Under the pieces are notes generated by a model. That model was not told the origin of the DNA. It made no database searches and saw only the letters and a list, made by a program, of their open reading frames with translations. DNA of 64,000 bases, taken from contig OX597814.1 of NCBI GenBank assembly GCA_951406725.2, positions 84,134,001-84,198,000 on the forward strand. Reading direction: 5' to 3'. Each line of letters starts with the position of its first letter. Positions within the stretch are counted from its first letter, which is position 1. Below, piece by piece: positions 1-13,795 of this stretch. A program made the translations under genes and the position numbers. The DNA comes from Octopus vulgaris (lineage: Eukaryota).

Positions 1-1802
1 TAATATGTATGCATATATTTAGTATAACGTATAAATATTTTCCCAAATTCGGGTAAAACGATCATTGTAGCTTAGTCTGAACATATATAGGGTCAATGTC
101 TGCAAGGAAAAACCATAAGTAGGGAAGAAGTCAAGGGTCCTTGCCAGAGGCTTGCAACAGAATGAACGCTGCTAAAGGAATCTGAGCCTAAGGTGATGGT
201 GTAAAACAGGGTGGCATGTTAAGTCCGGCGATTAGCTTATAGCATGAAGTAGATTTCAGATAAGTCTCTCTCTTGGGATAAGCAGCTGGTTTCATATCAT
301 GTAATATTCCAACTTCATTTAGTACTTATCTTTAACACACAAGGTGAACAGAAGCAATGAAAAATGAGCTGTATTCAGACTAGAACGATGAAACTTTTGC
401 AACACATATTCACTCATCTATGAGCAAGCTGTCCGATAGCATAACTATGGGACAATTATAAAAATCCTCTATATTTCTTTACGTTTATCACTTTCATCAC
501 TATCATCATCGTCCTCACGCCACCACTACCACAACCTTCTTCACTCTTCCGCTGCCTTCTCCTCCTTTTCCTCTTTCTCTTCTTCCTGATTCTCATCATC
601 ATCATCTACTATTTTTCTTTTTGCCCTCCATTCTCTTCTCCGTCCCTTAATTGTATATTTTCACTTCAGGTCTCATAAAAGATATGTGATGTGTATGCAT
701 GTGTGTGTTTGTGTGAGAATGTGTTTATGGAAGTGAGTATGTACGTGTGTGTTTGTGTGAGTGTGTGTGTGCGTGTATGTGCGTGTGTGTGCGTGTGTAT
801 GTGTGTGCGTGTGTGTGTGAGCGCGCGTATATGTGTGTGTTCTTTCCCTTTGAAACTGTAATCTAATCGTACCAACACTTAATCCAAAGAAAGCTATTCT
901 TAAAACAAATATATAACTACACCCACCGTGATATCATGTGAAGAATCCCATCAGCCTACCTCCCAAATGTGTACAGGAAATGGCGACTGTAAATAGATTT
1001 GGGATCTCAGAGCGCCGAGAGAAAAAGAAGAGAAAAAGGATAAAAAAAAAAACGCGTTGCTGCTTTCATGAAGACTGCCTTCGCCATATTGGTTCATATG
1101 GTCTATCTTGGGAAACGAAGCTGGGAGATTACAAGATTTTGAAGAAATTGTAGCATGTTCACGGCTCTCTCCATTTCTTTCCCTCTCAACACCTCTCTCC
1201 CCCTCTCTCTGTTTATTTTCTTCTTTAATTTGTTTTCTCTTTTTCCTTTTCTCATTCAATTTTATATCCAAAATATTTCTCTGGTATTTCTTTCTTTTCT
1301 CTGTTTCATTTTTCTTCCCCTGTCTTTCATATCTTTTTATAGGTGCAAATAGACGCAATACATACGTCAATGCAGTATATCATCTATATCTAGCTATCTA
1401 ATATTGATATCTCTTTCCCCGCTTCTCTGTGTGTATATATATATATATATATATTCCTTCGTCATCCTCCCTTCTTATATTTTACTATATATTTAAATGT
1501 ATGTATATATATATATATATGTATATACATACATATATATTTATATATATATATATATATATGTATATACATACATATATATTTATATATATATGTCCAT
1601 GTTTGTATATGCATATATATATGTTATATAATATATGTGTGCGTGTGTGTATGTGTGTGTGTGATAGTAAAATGTAGCAAGGGAGAGCAACGAAAGAACA
1701 TACGGAAAGCAAGAAACACGGGGACACTTTTATCCCTCATCTGTTGTTGACTAAAAATCATTACGATTTCGATAGAAATAATGCGGTTATGTTTTTTATA
1801 TC

Positions 1803-1897
1803 GTCAAAATGATACCATCGGTTTCACGCTGACTATTGTACTTGCCAGTATTCTTAAATGCAATAGCCAGTGTAAAAACCGACGGTAACATTGTGAC
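1803..1897. repeat. ~95-bp imperfect palindrome (41/42-nt arms, 12-nt loop); tiny MITE or hairpin
   Basis: Left arm gtcaaaatgataccatcggtttcacgctgactattgtactt matches the reverse complement of the right arm, gtcacaatgttaccgtcggtttttacactggctattgcattt. Confidence 0.8.
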
Positions 1898-1988
1898 CAT
1901 TTATATATCTATAACCAGTAATATACTATTCGACGATCTAACGCGCGCGCGTGCACACACACACACATACATATGTATGTATGAATGA

Positions 1989-2027
<39 letters not shown>

Positions 2028-2060
2028 CATACAAACACGCACACACACACACACACACAC

Positions 2061-2101
<41 letters not shown>

Positions 2102-2105
2102 AATA

Positions 2106-2222
2106 CAAGGCTTTGATCGGTTCGATGCTATAGCAGAAGATATTTTCCCAACGTGACATGTAGTGGGGCTGAACCCGATCCCGTGGTTACGAAGCACATT
2201 TCTTACAACGATACACCTCTCC
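2106..2222 (-). mobile_element. SINE family A, degenerate head fragment
   Basis: caaggctttgatcgg..gctatagcagaagata..ctgaacccg..ttcttac aligns to the minus-strand copies at 42361-42787 and 41521-41924. Confidence 0.7.
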
Positions 2223-3691
2223 AACTCTTTTCAACTACTTCATCAATTTGGGACTTACGAAAGGAAACGTATCAAACAAGGATTAACCAAAAGTCTGAAA
2301 ACATGTATGGGCGTTGTATGATTAAAGTGAAATTTAGTTGTTTTTTCTGGCAGGTTGGGCATCCACAAAAACTCTCTCTCTCTCTCTCTCTCTTTTTCCC
2401 CTTTCTTTTTCTTTTCCTATCTCCCCCCCCCCTCTATAACCCCCCATCTCCTTCTCCTTCCACCTCTCTATCTCTAGCTCAGGACTTGTCGGCTATTGTA
2501 GAATGGTACTTTAAGAAGCAGACAGGTGAGAGTTATTAATTCGAAGGTAAGAAAAAGAGGACGACTAAGGGTGTATAAAATCGCAGACACGAAAGTAAAA
2601 TGTGTGAAGGAAAAAGAAAAAATATGTGGGAAGGGAACGAAGTGGAAACATAAGGTAAATGCGGTCGGCATGATCCGTTGGCGTTTGAAGTTGCAGAGAG
2701 AGCAAGACCGAGGCCACGCCACAGAAAGAGAGGGGGAGAGGGAGAGCATGAGAGAAAGAAACAGAAAGGAGAAAAGGTTGAAATTTATGGCGAAGTAGGA
2801 AATGTATGTATTCACACATACATACACAGATACACACACACGCACGCACGCACACATGTACGTATATGTATCTATTTAAGTATATATGTACATATATATA
2901 TATGTATAAATATATATATATATATAAATATAAATATACACATATATTATGCATATGTATATATATATATATATATATATACATATATACAAATTATACA
3001 TTACATATATTCATATATACATATGCATGCATATGTGTGTAGGTGCGTGAGTGTGAATGTGTGTGCGTGCATATATGTGCGTGTGTGCACATGTATATGT
3101 GTGCATGTGTGTCTGTGCGCGCATGTATGTGTGTGTGTGTGTAATACGTGTGTGAGCACATAAATACGGCAATGTATACGTATGTGCGTATGTATCTGTG
3201 TTAGCGTTTGAGAGATTTTCTCTACCTGATTGAAGTTTTAAAAATCATGCTGGCCGGGCACCTGCTTGGGGGAAAGATTGTAAATAAAAGAATCGCTTTT
3301 TTTCTTTCTTTTTTTTATTATTGTCATCCTTAGCGTAACTGTTCACCTTCTGAATCTTTAGAAAATATTGCAGATTGTTATTGTCCCCGATAATGTCATC
3401 ATCTATAGCACAAGAATTATGGAGCCATGTCCTTTCTCGAAGAATCTAAGAATGGCCGTTTGAACCGAGTGGGTTGTACTTAGATCCTGACTCCTCTAAT
3501 AATGAGTAGAAAACTGAAGCCATATTTTGGGCTCTGAATTTGCTGGCTTCTCATCAATGATCAGTGAGATGTCTGCATTCTTCCATTTTTCCTTTTTCGT
3601 CAAGGATGCCAAATAGCCAACTAATGGGAAGACGTTTTTATTTAATGTATGTATGTTTGTATGTATGTATATATGTATGTATGCATGTATG

Positions 3692-3852
3692 TCATTATTC
3701 AGTTTATTTGACGATTTCTTGCCGATAGAGAAAGAACTGGTTTCTAACCTAGATCCAAGGTTCCTTCATTGGAATTTCAACATCAACAACTGGGTATGTA
3801 TGTATGTATGTATGTATGTATGTATGTATGTATGTATGTATGTATGTATGTA

Positions 3853-3883
<31 letters not shown>

Positions 3884-4680
3884 ATGTATGTATGTATGTA
3901 TGTATGTATGTATGTATGTATGTATGTATGCATGTATGTATGTACGTGCAGATTTGTATGTTTTATGTATGTATTCTCATGCATATTAGTTACATATCTA
4001 GACTTGTTCATATATATTTAAATGATAAACTTCTGGAGAGTTTTATGGATTCTTACAGTTCCAGTCGCGGAGTGGATCTGTAGTCTTCGAATTAGCTTTC
4101 TCCTTTCTGGTTTTGAGAAACCTAATTTTTCAATATTGGTATATAGGCAGTGTGTTACATATCCCAAGGCCTCAATAATTACAGGTATAAATCTGAACTT
4201 GTAATCTGGAAAGAGTAACTGCAGATTTCTCAATAAATCAGCATAGGTGCTTTTCACTGATCTTCAGATTTATGATAATATCTGCTGGTCAGCTAATTCC
4301 CATAACTGTGCACAGTTTCTCTTCTCTATTTCAAATCATTATTTCAGGTCTGTTGTGTTTACATTTTATTGAGGTCTTCACTGGTACATTCCACCAGTAT
4401 TCCTTTTCATTATGAGTGGCTATGGCTTCTACTATCTTGCGGGTTTTTATTTCTTTGTCCTCAGGATTATCCTTCCGACGGATTTCATTATAGAGTGTTC
4501 CAGCTATAACGTCATGTCTCATTGGTAGATAATACCGTGATGACATTTTCGGACAACTGCTTATGATGTGGGTGATATCTTTAGTGTGGACTCCACAAAG
4601 TCTGCTTCGGTTGTCACATCTTACGGCTTTTCCCGCATCTCTATCCCTTTTGTGCATCAGATACTTGGTTGATATTTCCT
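3692..4680 (-). mobile_element. 5'-truncated R4/Dong-like RLE non-LTR retrotransposon (zinc knuckle + RLE + 3' UTR), pseudogenised
   Basis: ORFs 4331-4657 and 4018-4257 give RLCGVHTKDITHIISSC (degenerate CCHC), RHDVIA, YWWN, HNRPEIMI (RPD motif), FIPVIIEALG and SATGTVRI. Flanked on both sides by (TATG)n. Confidence 0.85.
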
Positions 4681-6247
4681 GTATGTATGTATGTATGTAT
4701 GTATGTATGTATGTATGTATGTATGTATGTATGTATGTATGTATGTATGTATGTATGTATGCACGGCTACGAGGATGAGCTGGCTAGGAATGAGTGATGT
4801 TCATAAACTGACTACGGAGTGATACTAGAGCTGTGAAATCCTGCATGCATTAACTTCAACGCTACTCTCCTTCGATAATTTCAATACTTCGACCAACACA
4901 CCAAATTTTAAAAAAAGGATAAACTCTAAATGACATACAATTAAACAAAAAAACTCTGGTTATCTGAAGATAAGAGGACAGTAGTATAAACGTGTTTCTG
5001 TCACAACAACCGTCATCAGCACAGCAAATAGTCTGCTTTGATTTCAGCAGGCGAAATTCTCAGACTAAAACAGAAAAAGTAGAAAATATTTATGGTCTAA
5101 AGTAACTTGCATAATATAAATGAAAATGAGCTACGAGAAATAAATGAGATTGACCAATGGCATGAATATAGATAATAAAAACAAATACAGGTATACAATA
5201 TGAACACAAGACACAAGATCAATACAAGACGCAAGATAAATACTTCATTTATTGAAATTCACCTTTTGAGAATTAGGAAGATCGATATATCCTAGTTACT
5301 GACAAAGTACATACAAACATACATACATACATACATACATACATACATACATACATACATACATACATACATACATACATACATACATACGTATTAAGTA
5401 TTAGAAAGGTCGATATAATCGACTGTATACCAACAGTCAAAAATATGAGTCATGATGCATATAGGAAAAATATCAATGTTTACCGTGAAAGACACAGAAA
5501 CACAAAGAAATTGATATCATATGAGAAACCTTACAAATTTTAGAAAAAAAACTGTTTACAAACAAACGGGGTAAAGATGTCTCTCTATACATACTTTTGA
5601 GTGTGCTTGTGTGAATGAGCGTGTGCGTGTGTATTAATGTTAGATTTTATTTCAACTTTATACAAAAATAATTTGACATTAAACTGAAGGATAACCCAAT
5701 GCGTTTTTCTTTATATATTAGAGTATATGTTTATTAACTTTTATTGGAAATGACTACGAAGTTTCGGCTTGTTTGCAGCATATACTATGATTTGAGCTCA
5801 CGTCCATGGTCGTATACATTATATAATGATGTTGCAGTTATTCACTACCAGGCGAACTTTGATCGAACAGAAATGCTAGAAAAATATAAAATAGAACCCG
5901 CTTGTTTGTTATTCTGTATTTTTTCAGACAATATAGTATTTGTTTCCTCTTCTTCGGTCCACGAAGATATTGGTGTGGACTGAGTGCCTTTATACACTCA
6001 GCATTGGCTAAAAAAAATTATATGCATAAGCGTAGATGTTTCTTCTAAAACAACTCCACAATTTCTCAACGAATCTTTACAAAAATATGCATACATATAC
6101 AAAATCATCTTAGAATAGGGCATGAAAAAACTTTAAGATTTCTCTGGAGCAAAATTTGTACATTTTTGTAATACACAAGTTCAAGTGAATACACACAGTG
6201 AAATATATCAATGAGTTCGACAGACTATCACGAAGACAACAACGACA

Positions 6248-6323
<76 letters not shown>

Positions 6324-6396
6324 AGTATATAAACGCTTCATTACAAACAAGATTGCTTTCGAACACTAAAAGCTAAAGTCTAAAAACCTGTAACAC

Positions 6397-7258
6397 TAGG
6401 TCAGATTAATAAGTATCCGGATTGTTGCCATAGTAAAGAAGCTAAAGCACACAGAGTAAAGCCGCTTTGCAAAGATTGACCTTGAACTCTTCTCGGCATG
6501 CCCACTAAGTTTTAACATTCTGGCTCACTTCCGCTGTTTACAGCAGTGCTTGGAAGGAAGGTGTGTAGCGTGTGATCGTCGCATTGACCATGATAGAGAA
6601 AGTTGTCATGGCGAGACCTGCTCAGAAACCAACGCAAAGTTGCAGAAAGTGTATGGAGAAGAGTGTATGAACCACACACAAGTGGATGAGTGTTTCAGAC
6701 GTTTCCAATACGGCCGCAAAAATGACGATATTTACGAATGTTCTGGGAAACCCGCAACCAGCAGAGCTGAGAAAAACATCGCAGATGTGCGTGCAGCTGT
6801 GAGAGGAAATCGTCGAATCACCATCCGTGAGTTATCAGAGGATGTGCAGATTAGTTACAGTTGAGTCCATTATCACTGAAGATTTGGGTATGAGACGCGT
6901 GTCTGCCAAATTTCTGCCAAAAATGCTTTCAGCTGACTAAAAAGACACTCGGGTTTCAGTTGCATAAGATCTTCTTGATTATGTCGAGAACGATTATAAC
7001 TTTTTGAGGAGGTATCGCCAAGCTTTTGGCAAAATTGAGGCAGATTCTCTGTTCAACTTTCTCTATCGTGGTCAATGCGACGATCACTTGCTACACACCT
7101 TCCTTCTAAACACCACAGCAGAATTGAGTTAGAGCGTTAAAACTTAGTACACATATACAGCAGAGTTCAAGGTCAATCTGTACCAAGCGGTTTTACTCTG
7201 CGTGCTTTAGCTTCTTTACTATGGCAATAGTCCAGATACTTATTGATCAGACCACGTA
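6397..7258 (+). mobile_element. Non-autonomous mariner derivative with long (~200-250 bp) inverted ends and a partial transposase (HTH region)
   Basis: 6397-6605 is inverted at ~7054-7258, ending in TA. The interior translates KLQKVYGEECM..FRRFQYGR..SGKPATS..NRRITIRELSEDVQIS..LGMRRVSAKFLPKML, typical of the mariner N-terminus. Confidence 0.9.
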
Positions 7259-7394
7259 ATTTAAGTTTCTACATATTTGGCAAACCGAGCAGCGCGTTAC
7301 ATATATTGATATCAAAACTATTGTTTAGGACCCTCTCACAGAATTTGTTTTATTTTTAATTCACCAAAATAATCGTCTAAGTTTACACGCACGT

Positions 7395-7435
<41 letters not shown>

Positions 7436-7538
7436 GAGGTCACCCGGACGGCGTACGGGAAGCTATTAGTTTGTAGTTCAATTCCGTAATACAATAGAAC
7501 ATTAAAACAAATTGCTGTTACCACTTCATTATAACCCA

Positions 7539-7700
<162 letters not shown>

Positions 7701-8040
7701 ATCCTTTCTACTATAAGCACAAGGCCTGAAATTTGTGGGAAGGGATTAACTCGATTACATCGACCACAGGATTCTCCTGATACTTAATTTATCGACCCCG
7801 AATGATAATGATAACGATGATGATGATGATTTCAAATGTTAGCGCAAGATCAGCAATGTTGGGGGAAGGGAAAGTCTATTAAACCGACCTCAGTGCTTGA
7901 CTGATACTTATTTTATCGATCCCCGAATGATGAAAGACAAGATCAACTTCAGCGGAAATTGAACTCCGAACATTAAGACAAACGAGATGCCGCTAAGCAT
8001 TTTGCCCGGCGTGCTAAAATTTCTGCCAGCTCGCCGCCCG
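7701..8040 (-). mobile_element. Two adjacent SINE family B copies (3' fragment 7701-7802; near-full copy ~7830-8040)
   Basis: Reverse complements of ggcggcgagctggcagaa..ctgagttcaaattccgccgaggtcgactttgcctttcatc..ggggtcgataaa. Confidence 0.85.
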
Positions 8041-8044
8041 AATA

Positions 8045-8110
<66 letters not shown>

Positions 8111-8111
8111 T

Positions 8112-8162
<51 letters not shown>

Positions 8163-8226
8163 CGACGACGACGATGACGACGATAACAACAACAACAACA
8201 ACAACAACAATAATAATAATAATAAT
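8045..8226. repeat. (GAT)n/(GAC)n/(AAC)n/(AAT)n compound microsatellite
   Basis: Direct reading; source of the poly-D/M/H/S pseudo-ORFs. Confidence 0.95.
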
Positions 8227-9948
8227 AGAGAAATTGTAGGATCTGTAAGAATGAAACCGAAATTGCCAAAGGCATGTGTAACAAAGGAGCTGAAAGAAAG
8301 AGATCAGGAGAAATCAATGAAGATTACTTGGTTTAGAAGGCTTAAAGGTACCAGTGCAAGAATATAAATGGATTAGGAAACACGAAGGAAAAGGAAGAGT
8401 TACCGAGAAGATTACCATAATTATGTGGAATGGAAAACGGGAGATTGTACGTGGCAATGAGAAACGTTAATGATATCTTAGGAAAGTAACTGGTTAATAA
8501 TATCACTGATATTAAGGCTTTGTTAAATTGTGAAGGTGGATTGACTGAAAAATATTAGGACTTGAGTTTGAGGCATAATCGAAACGAACAGGTTTATGTT
8601 TACAAAGGAGAGTGGAAAGGCGGGTTAAAAGGACTAAACAAAAGTACCCGAGTCGGCTTTCTTGAATTTTAAACAAGAAAATTGCCTATGATGCATTAAA
8701 AAGGAAATTTAGATGAAAGAAGAGGTGTCTATTTTATTTTATGGTTTACTCTAGATGTGGGCAACAGGGTTTTTCTTTTCTTTTTTTCGTATTGGAAGGC
8801 CATAATTGAAGTTAAACGCCATCTGACAAGGTTGCAATGAAAGAATGGTATATCATTAAGAGATACATTAAAAAAAATACATTTAAAAAAATGTTATACT
8901 CTTAATACATACACACACATATACATACCTCCATACACACACATACATATATACATACATACATACATACATACACACACATACATACATACATACATAC
9001 ATACATACATACATACATACCATACATACATACATACATACACACACACACATACATACATACATACATACATACATACATACATACATACATACATACA
9101 TACATACATACATACATAAAAACTATAACAAAATTATAACAGGGTGGAGTTTCAGAATAAGCTGAGGCTTTTTCATTTCGTAAATTTCTTCAGATTTCTA
9201 TGTTTTAAGCGCAATTATAATTACATCTAAGAAGCAGACAAAGAAATGTAAACAAGTCTTTCTAAACTTCTCAATTAGAAGAAAAGATAAGCGTTAAATA
9301 AAATTAAATCAGTGAAAATATATTCCAATATAATGATTTTCTCTCAAACTGTACTTCTTTCAGAAAGTTGCACTAAACTTTCAGAAAGCCGCTGCATTTT
9401 CACCTTTGACTCTGATATTCTTCATGCAAACAAATATAAATACATACCTATATGCATACATACGTACATATATATTTGTCTATCAGAGCAATAAGAACCA
9501 TCTAGTTATCTTTAAGTATGATTGATGACTTGTGTGGTAGCTTTGTTTAAAATGAAGAGTTGCGCATCATCAGCCTCGATCTGTTGTCCGTGACTCTCTT
9601 CAATTCAGTAGCAAGACCAGGTCAAGACAACTGGGGATGGAGATGGAGGGTGACCAGGGTATCTTAACTGCCTCATCTTGCTCTCTCCACCTTCCCCTCC
9701 GTTGAACGAAGTCCGCCGAATCTGATCTTCACATGTACAATTAGGCAAGCTCTAATATACTAATTAGCCCATATCTGGGACCCTGAAAGTTACTACAATT
9801 CCGGATCAAATTAAACCTGAGATCAATAGTAACTAAGAGGTGGTTCCACACTCCTCAAAACTCTGGAACTCTCAAACCAAGGCCCCATGTATTCATACAT
9901 GCACACATACGCACATACACACATACACACATACATGCTTTACTCTCA

Positions 9949-10174
9949 TTCGACGCAGAAACTGCGAGCTGGAAGAGGCCTCGGGGAAGGCCCCACACCA
10001 GACGACTGGACGTGATTAAAGATCTCCAGAGGCTCGACGTCAACATGGAGGATGCAGAGGGGCGATGAAGGACACTGGTGGACCTTGTCGGCTCTTCTCA
10101 TGATGACGTTTCTGGGACCACTAACTTGGAATGATCCCCAGCCCCATCAAACAAATGCATGAAGCAAGCAAGCA
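9949..10174 (+). mobile_element. 3' end of an RTE-clade LINE
   Basis: Translates FDAETASWKRPRGRPHTRRLDVIKDL (RTE C-terminal WKRPRGRP..W.D motif), followed by a short UTR and an (AAGC)n tail. Confidence 0.7.
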
Positions 10175-10764
10175 TATAAGAACAGGACTAGACTTGATTT
10201 CTGACACAAAGTTCAGATGAGCAAAAACAGTAGGAAGAATGAAAATGTTTTGAACATTTATATAATTTAGAGTGAACAATTGTGGATAAGAGAAAAATCA
10301 AGAGAGTTTTATCACATTATATTTCACTTAGTTCCTGCTTTTATGTAATGTAATAATAGAATCTATAAGTATACAAATCTGGGCCTCAATTATATGATCA
10401 GTTGATGAAAAGAAATCCCAAAAGATCATATAATAACATTTTTCATTTACAGTTTACGACGGATTATCACTTTTATTAAGAATCCATATTTCCTTTTAAC
10501 CCTGCAGTTATTTTCATTTTTTTTAATCTTTCATGTCATTTTTATATTCTTTTTGTGCTATTTTCCTCATTTGCTAAACTCCACATCATAACACTTACAA
10601 TCTGGTCAGCTTCAATGAATCTGTATACACACACACACACACACATATATATATTTTTTAATGTATGCAAAGCCGTATATACGTACGAATTAATGTATGT
10701 GTATATATATGTCTGTGTGTGTGTGTATGTATGCATATATATGTGTGTGTATATATATATATAT

Positions 10765-10864
<100 letters not shown>

Positions 10865-11299
10865 CATATACATGTATGTATGTACATATATATATGTATA
10901 TGTGTGTATGTATGATAGGCTATAGATGCTTACACGAACAAAATCAGTATTCAATGCAATAGTAGAGTGACATATTTGTTTAGTGATGATGCATCGTGGC
11001 ACGAAATTATATTACCAGGAATAATCACCTAACGATTAAAACATGACAGCTTCACGCGAATATCATTGACTCAAAGGAATTATTATTGTCAATGGCTTTA
11101 ATGAGCTGAAACTTTAAAAGTCTCATTAATTGTATTCTTGGATAGTAAATTGAATAAGCAATGTGGTGATCTAAAATGACAGAGACTGTAGCGGTAGTGA
11201 ATATCCCTTAGTGAGCTAAAACGGGGGAGCAGAATACTATGATTACTCTTGGTAAATAATGACTTATCAACCCATTTAGTCAGGAGGTGCTTTAAGCAT

Positions 11300-11900
11300 C
11301 TCGTGTTTCAGCTATATTTGCCGAAATGGTATCACTTCGTAGCGATCTCTGATCTGACATTTTGATAGTTCACAGATTTGTTGCTGAAAGGCGGCGAGCT
11401 GGCAGAATCGTCAGCACGCCGGGCGAAATGCTTAGCGGTATTTCCTCTGCTGTTACGTTCTGAGTTCAAATTCCGCCGAGGTCGACTTTGCCTTTCATCC
11501 TTCCGGGGTCGATAAATTAAGTACCAGTTTCGTACTGGGGTCGATGTGATCGACTTAATCCCTTTGTCTGTCCTTGTTTGTCCCCTCTATATTTAGTCCC
11601 TTGTGGGCAATAAAGAAATAAGATTTGTTGCTGTACTTGGGTATAAGATTCTTTTCGGTTGTGTACAACCCTCAACTTCTTATAATTTCTGTATGGTCTA
11701 CATCGTTCATAAAGTTTCCATTTGGTATCGAGTGTAGTAGTAGTCCAGACGTAATTGAATAGTTCTGTTGCATTGCTCATTTCTATATTCTTTAATGAAG
11801 AAATATGGGTGGAGTATTGTTTGAATTTATCTTCACCATATCTATGTTGTGCTCACGCACGATACATTAGGTTTGGTTTGGTTTTGTGAAAGTGATGGTG
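11300..11900 (-). mobile_element. Degenerate Penelope-like element C-terminus (GIY-YIG region), interrupted by a SINE
   Basis: Minus-strand pieces DKFKQYSTHISSLKN, NATELFNYVW..KWKLYERCRPYRN and, beyond the SINE, NVRSEIATK*YH resemble the PLE consensus FK.RY..H..SF..STELSKY.W..W.I...PY..LNKRSEL.SKCRH. Confidence 0.6.
11387..11620 (+). mobile_element. Full SINE family B (tail type 2) with 13-bp TSD
   Basis: TSD agatttgttgctg at 11374-11386 and 11621-11633. tRNA-like head with gagttcaaattcc (box B-like); central gcctttcatccttccggggtcgataaattaagtaccag resembles the Deu/Nin SINE domain. Confidence 0.92.
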
Positions 11901-12684
11901 AAGTTTACCTCTATGATTATCGCTTCATCGTTGCATGACGGAATTTCCAGTACTGTGAAAGTAGTTAGCCTAAGTTAATGTAGCTTGTTTATTTGATATT
12001 AAACTTTATTTTCATATTGATAGTACAGTTATTTCTATTGAATTATTTTCTGTATCAGTAATTAATGGAGAAATATATATTTATTGAAATTGGGAAGTAG
12101 CAAATGTTTGTATATGTCGCTGTGTGTTTGTGTGAGGGTGGGGAGTAATATCCGTGTGAGGTATATGTGGGGGTGGGGAGTAATGTCCGTATTTATGTAT
12201 GCTAGTATAGCTGTATGATTTCTTGTATGAATGAATATATGCATATATGCTTGTGCGCATGTATATATGATGCGTACGTGTAAACTCAGCTGCAAGCTTT
12301 ATGATCGGTGAACATCCCTTCTAAATTTCCTCTTATTATATTTCTACTAAGGGATCAATACAATTGATCCCTGGCGGTAGTAATTAGCGCAGGCATTAGG
12401 GGATGGAGATCAATAATCTTATACATAATGGATATCAAAATGAGGCAGGCAAGGACCTGTTGATGGGTGGCAACGAGAGTGAATCGTAGGTTACAGATGA
12501 GAAGAGAGACGGCTTGTTAAGGGAGAGAAGTAGATGGCAATGAAATAAAGGTGATCTAGTGTGAAAGAACAACGCAAGGGATAAGAAAATGGTGTTGTAT
12601 GTGGGGTGGGATCAGTAATATAGGGATGATGAGACCTGCACTTAATAATGGTAGAAGTAATATTAATGGCTGATGTGAGTTGTT

Positions 12685-12767
<83 letters not shown>

Positions 12768-13273
12768 GGTGGTGGTGGTGTTGGTATGGTGGTATGGTGG
12801 TAGCGGATCTGGAGACCTACTGTGAGAGTTGCCACCATTTTTGAGCGCTCCACTGCGTAAATCAGGGTTTTATACAACCTGCTCTCAAAGCCTGTATTTC
12901 ATGTAAGCCACTCTATAAATCAGCATTTGAAGTCACCCTTCAAGATGGAGAATATTATATTATAAACGATGATTTTTCAAAACGGGCCTGAAACAAAATC
13001 CGAATTATTTACTATATACCAAACATTTTATCTCTCTGAATAGTTTGCACGCATTACTCCAACATCTAACGAGAAACTTTGCGTAGCGAATGAGTTAATC
13101 ATGAGCTTTGCTCAAGATAATGTGTTATGATGAAAGAAGGATTACTCGGTAACATAATATATTATGTGCATTATGCTACCGAATAATCCTTCTTCCATTT
13201 TTTTAAGTAGAAGTGTGTGTGTATCTGTGTCTGTGTGTGCACGCGCGCGCATATACATATATATAAAGAGAGA

Positions 13274-13322
<49 letters not shown>

Positions 13323-13475
13323 GTAGATAGATAGATACATACATACATACATACATACATACATACATACATGCATACATGCATGCATACATGCATGCAT
13401 ACATACATACATACATACATACATACATACATACATACATACATACATACATACATACATACATACATGCATACA

Positions 13476-13725
13476 AACCACTGCGTGGTATCTTGGGCGA
13501 ATGGCTTATGTAACAGCATCAGAGTGCGCCGAACATTGTGAGTGAATTTATGCGGAAATCCGTCGGACGACCTGTATCTCTAATTCCAACGCTCAGCCTT
13601 CTCCTAAGATATGTCACGCTAATTCTGAGAATTACGTTAAGATAATACTCAGCCACGTACATATCAGTTTTAAGACTAGTTAAATTAGCAGGTCGATCAA
13701 CTGAAATCGCATTGTCGAAGGATTC
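13476..13725 (+). mobile_element. Old chimeric SINE: family A-like 5' part with family C-like 3' part
   Basis: ccactgcgtggtatcttgggc..ttgtgagtgaattt matches 18652-18725; tgtcacgct..gagaattacgttaag..ctcagccac..gatcaactg matches 45144-45265. Confidence 0.55.
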
Positions 13726-13730
13726 ATGAA

Positions 13731-13795
<65 letters not shown>

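Noticed and set aside
7908-8367. Poly-D/H/S/M ORFs (also 16339-17056)
   Set aside because: Compound trinucleotide repeats next to SINEs; open in several frames on both strands
8230-8720. Purine-rich stretch with VQEYKWIRK, perhaps an old LINE endonuclease
   Set aside because: Too degenerate to support
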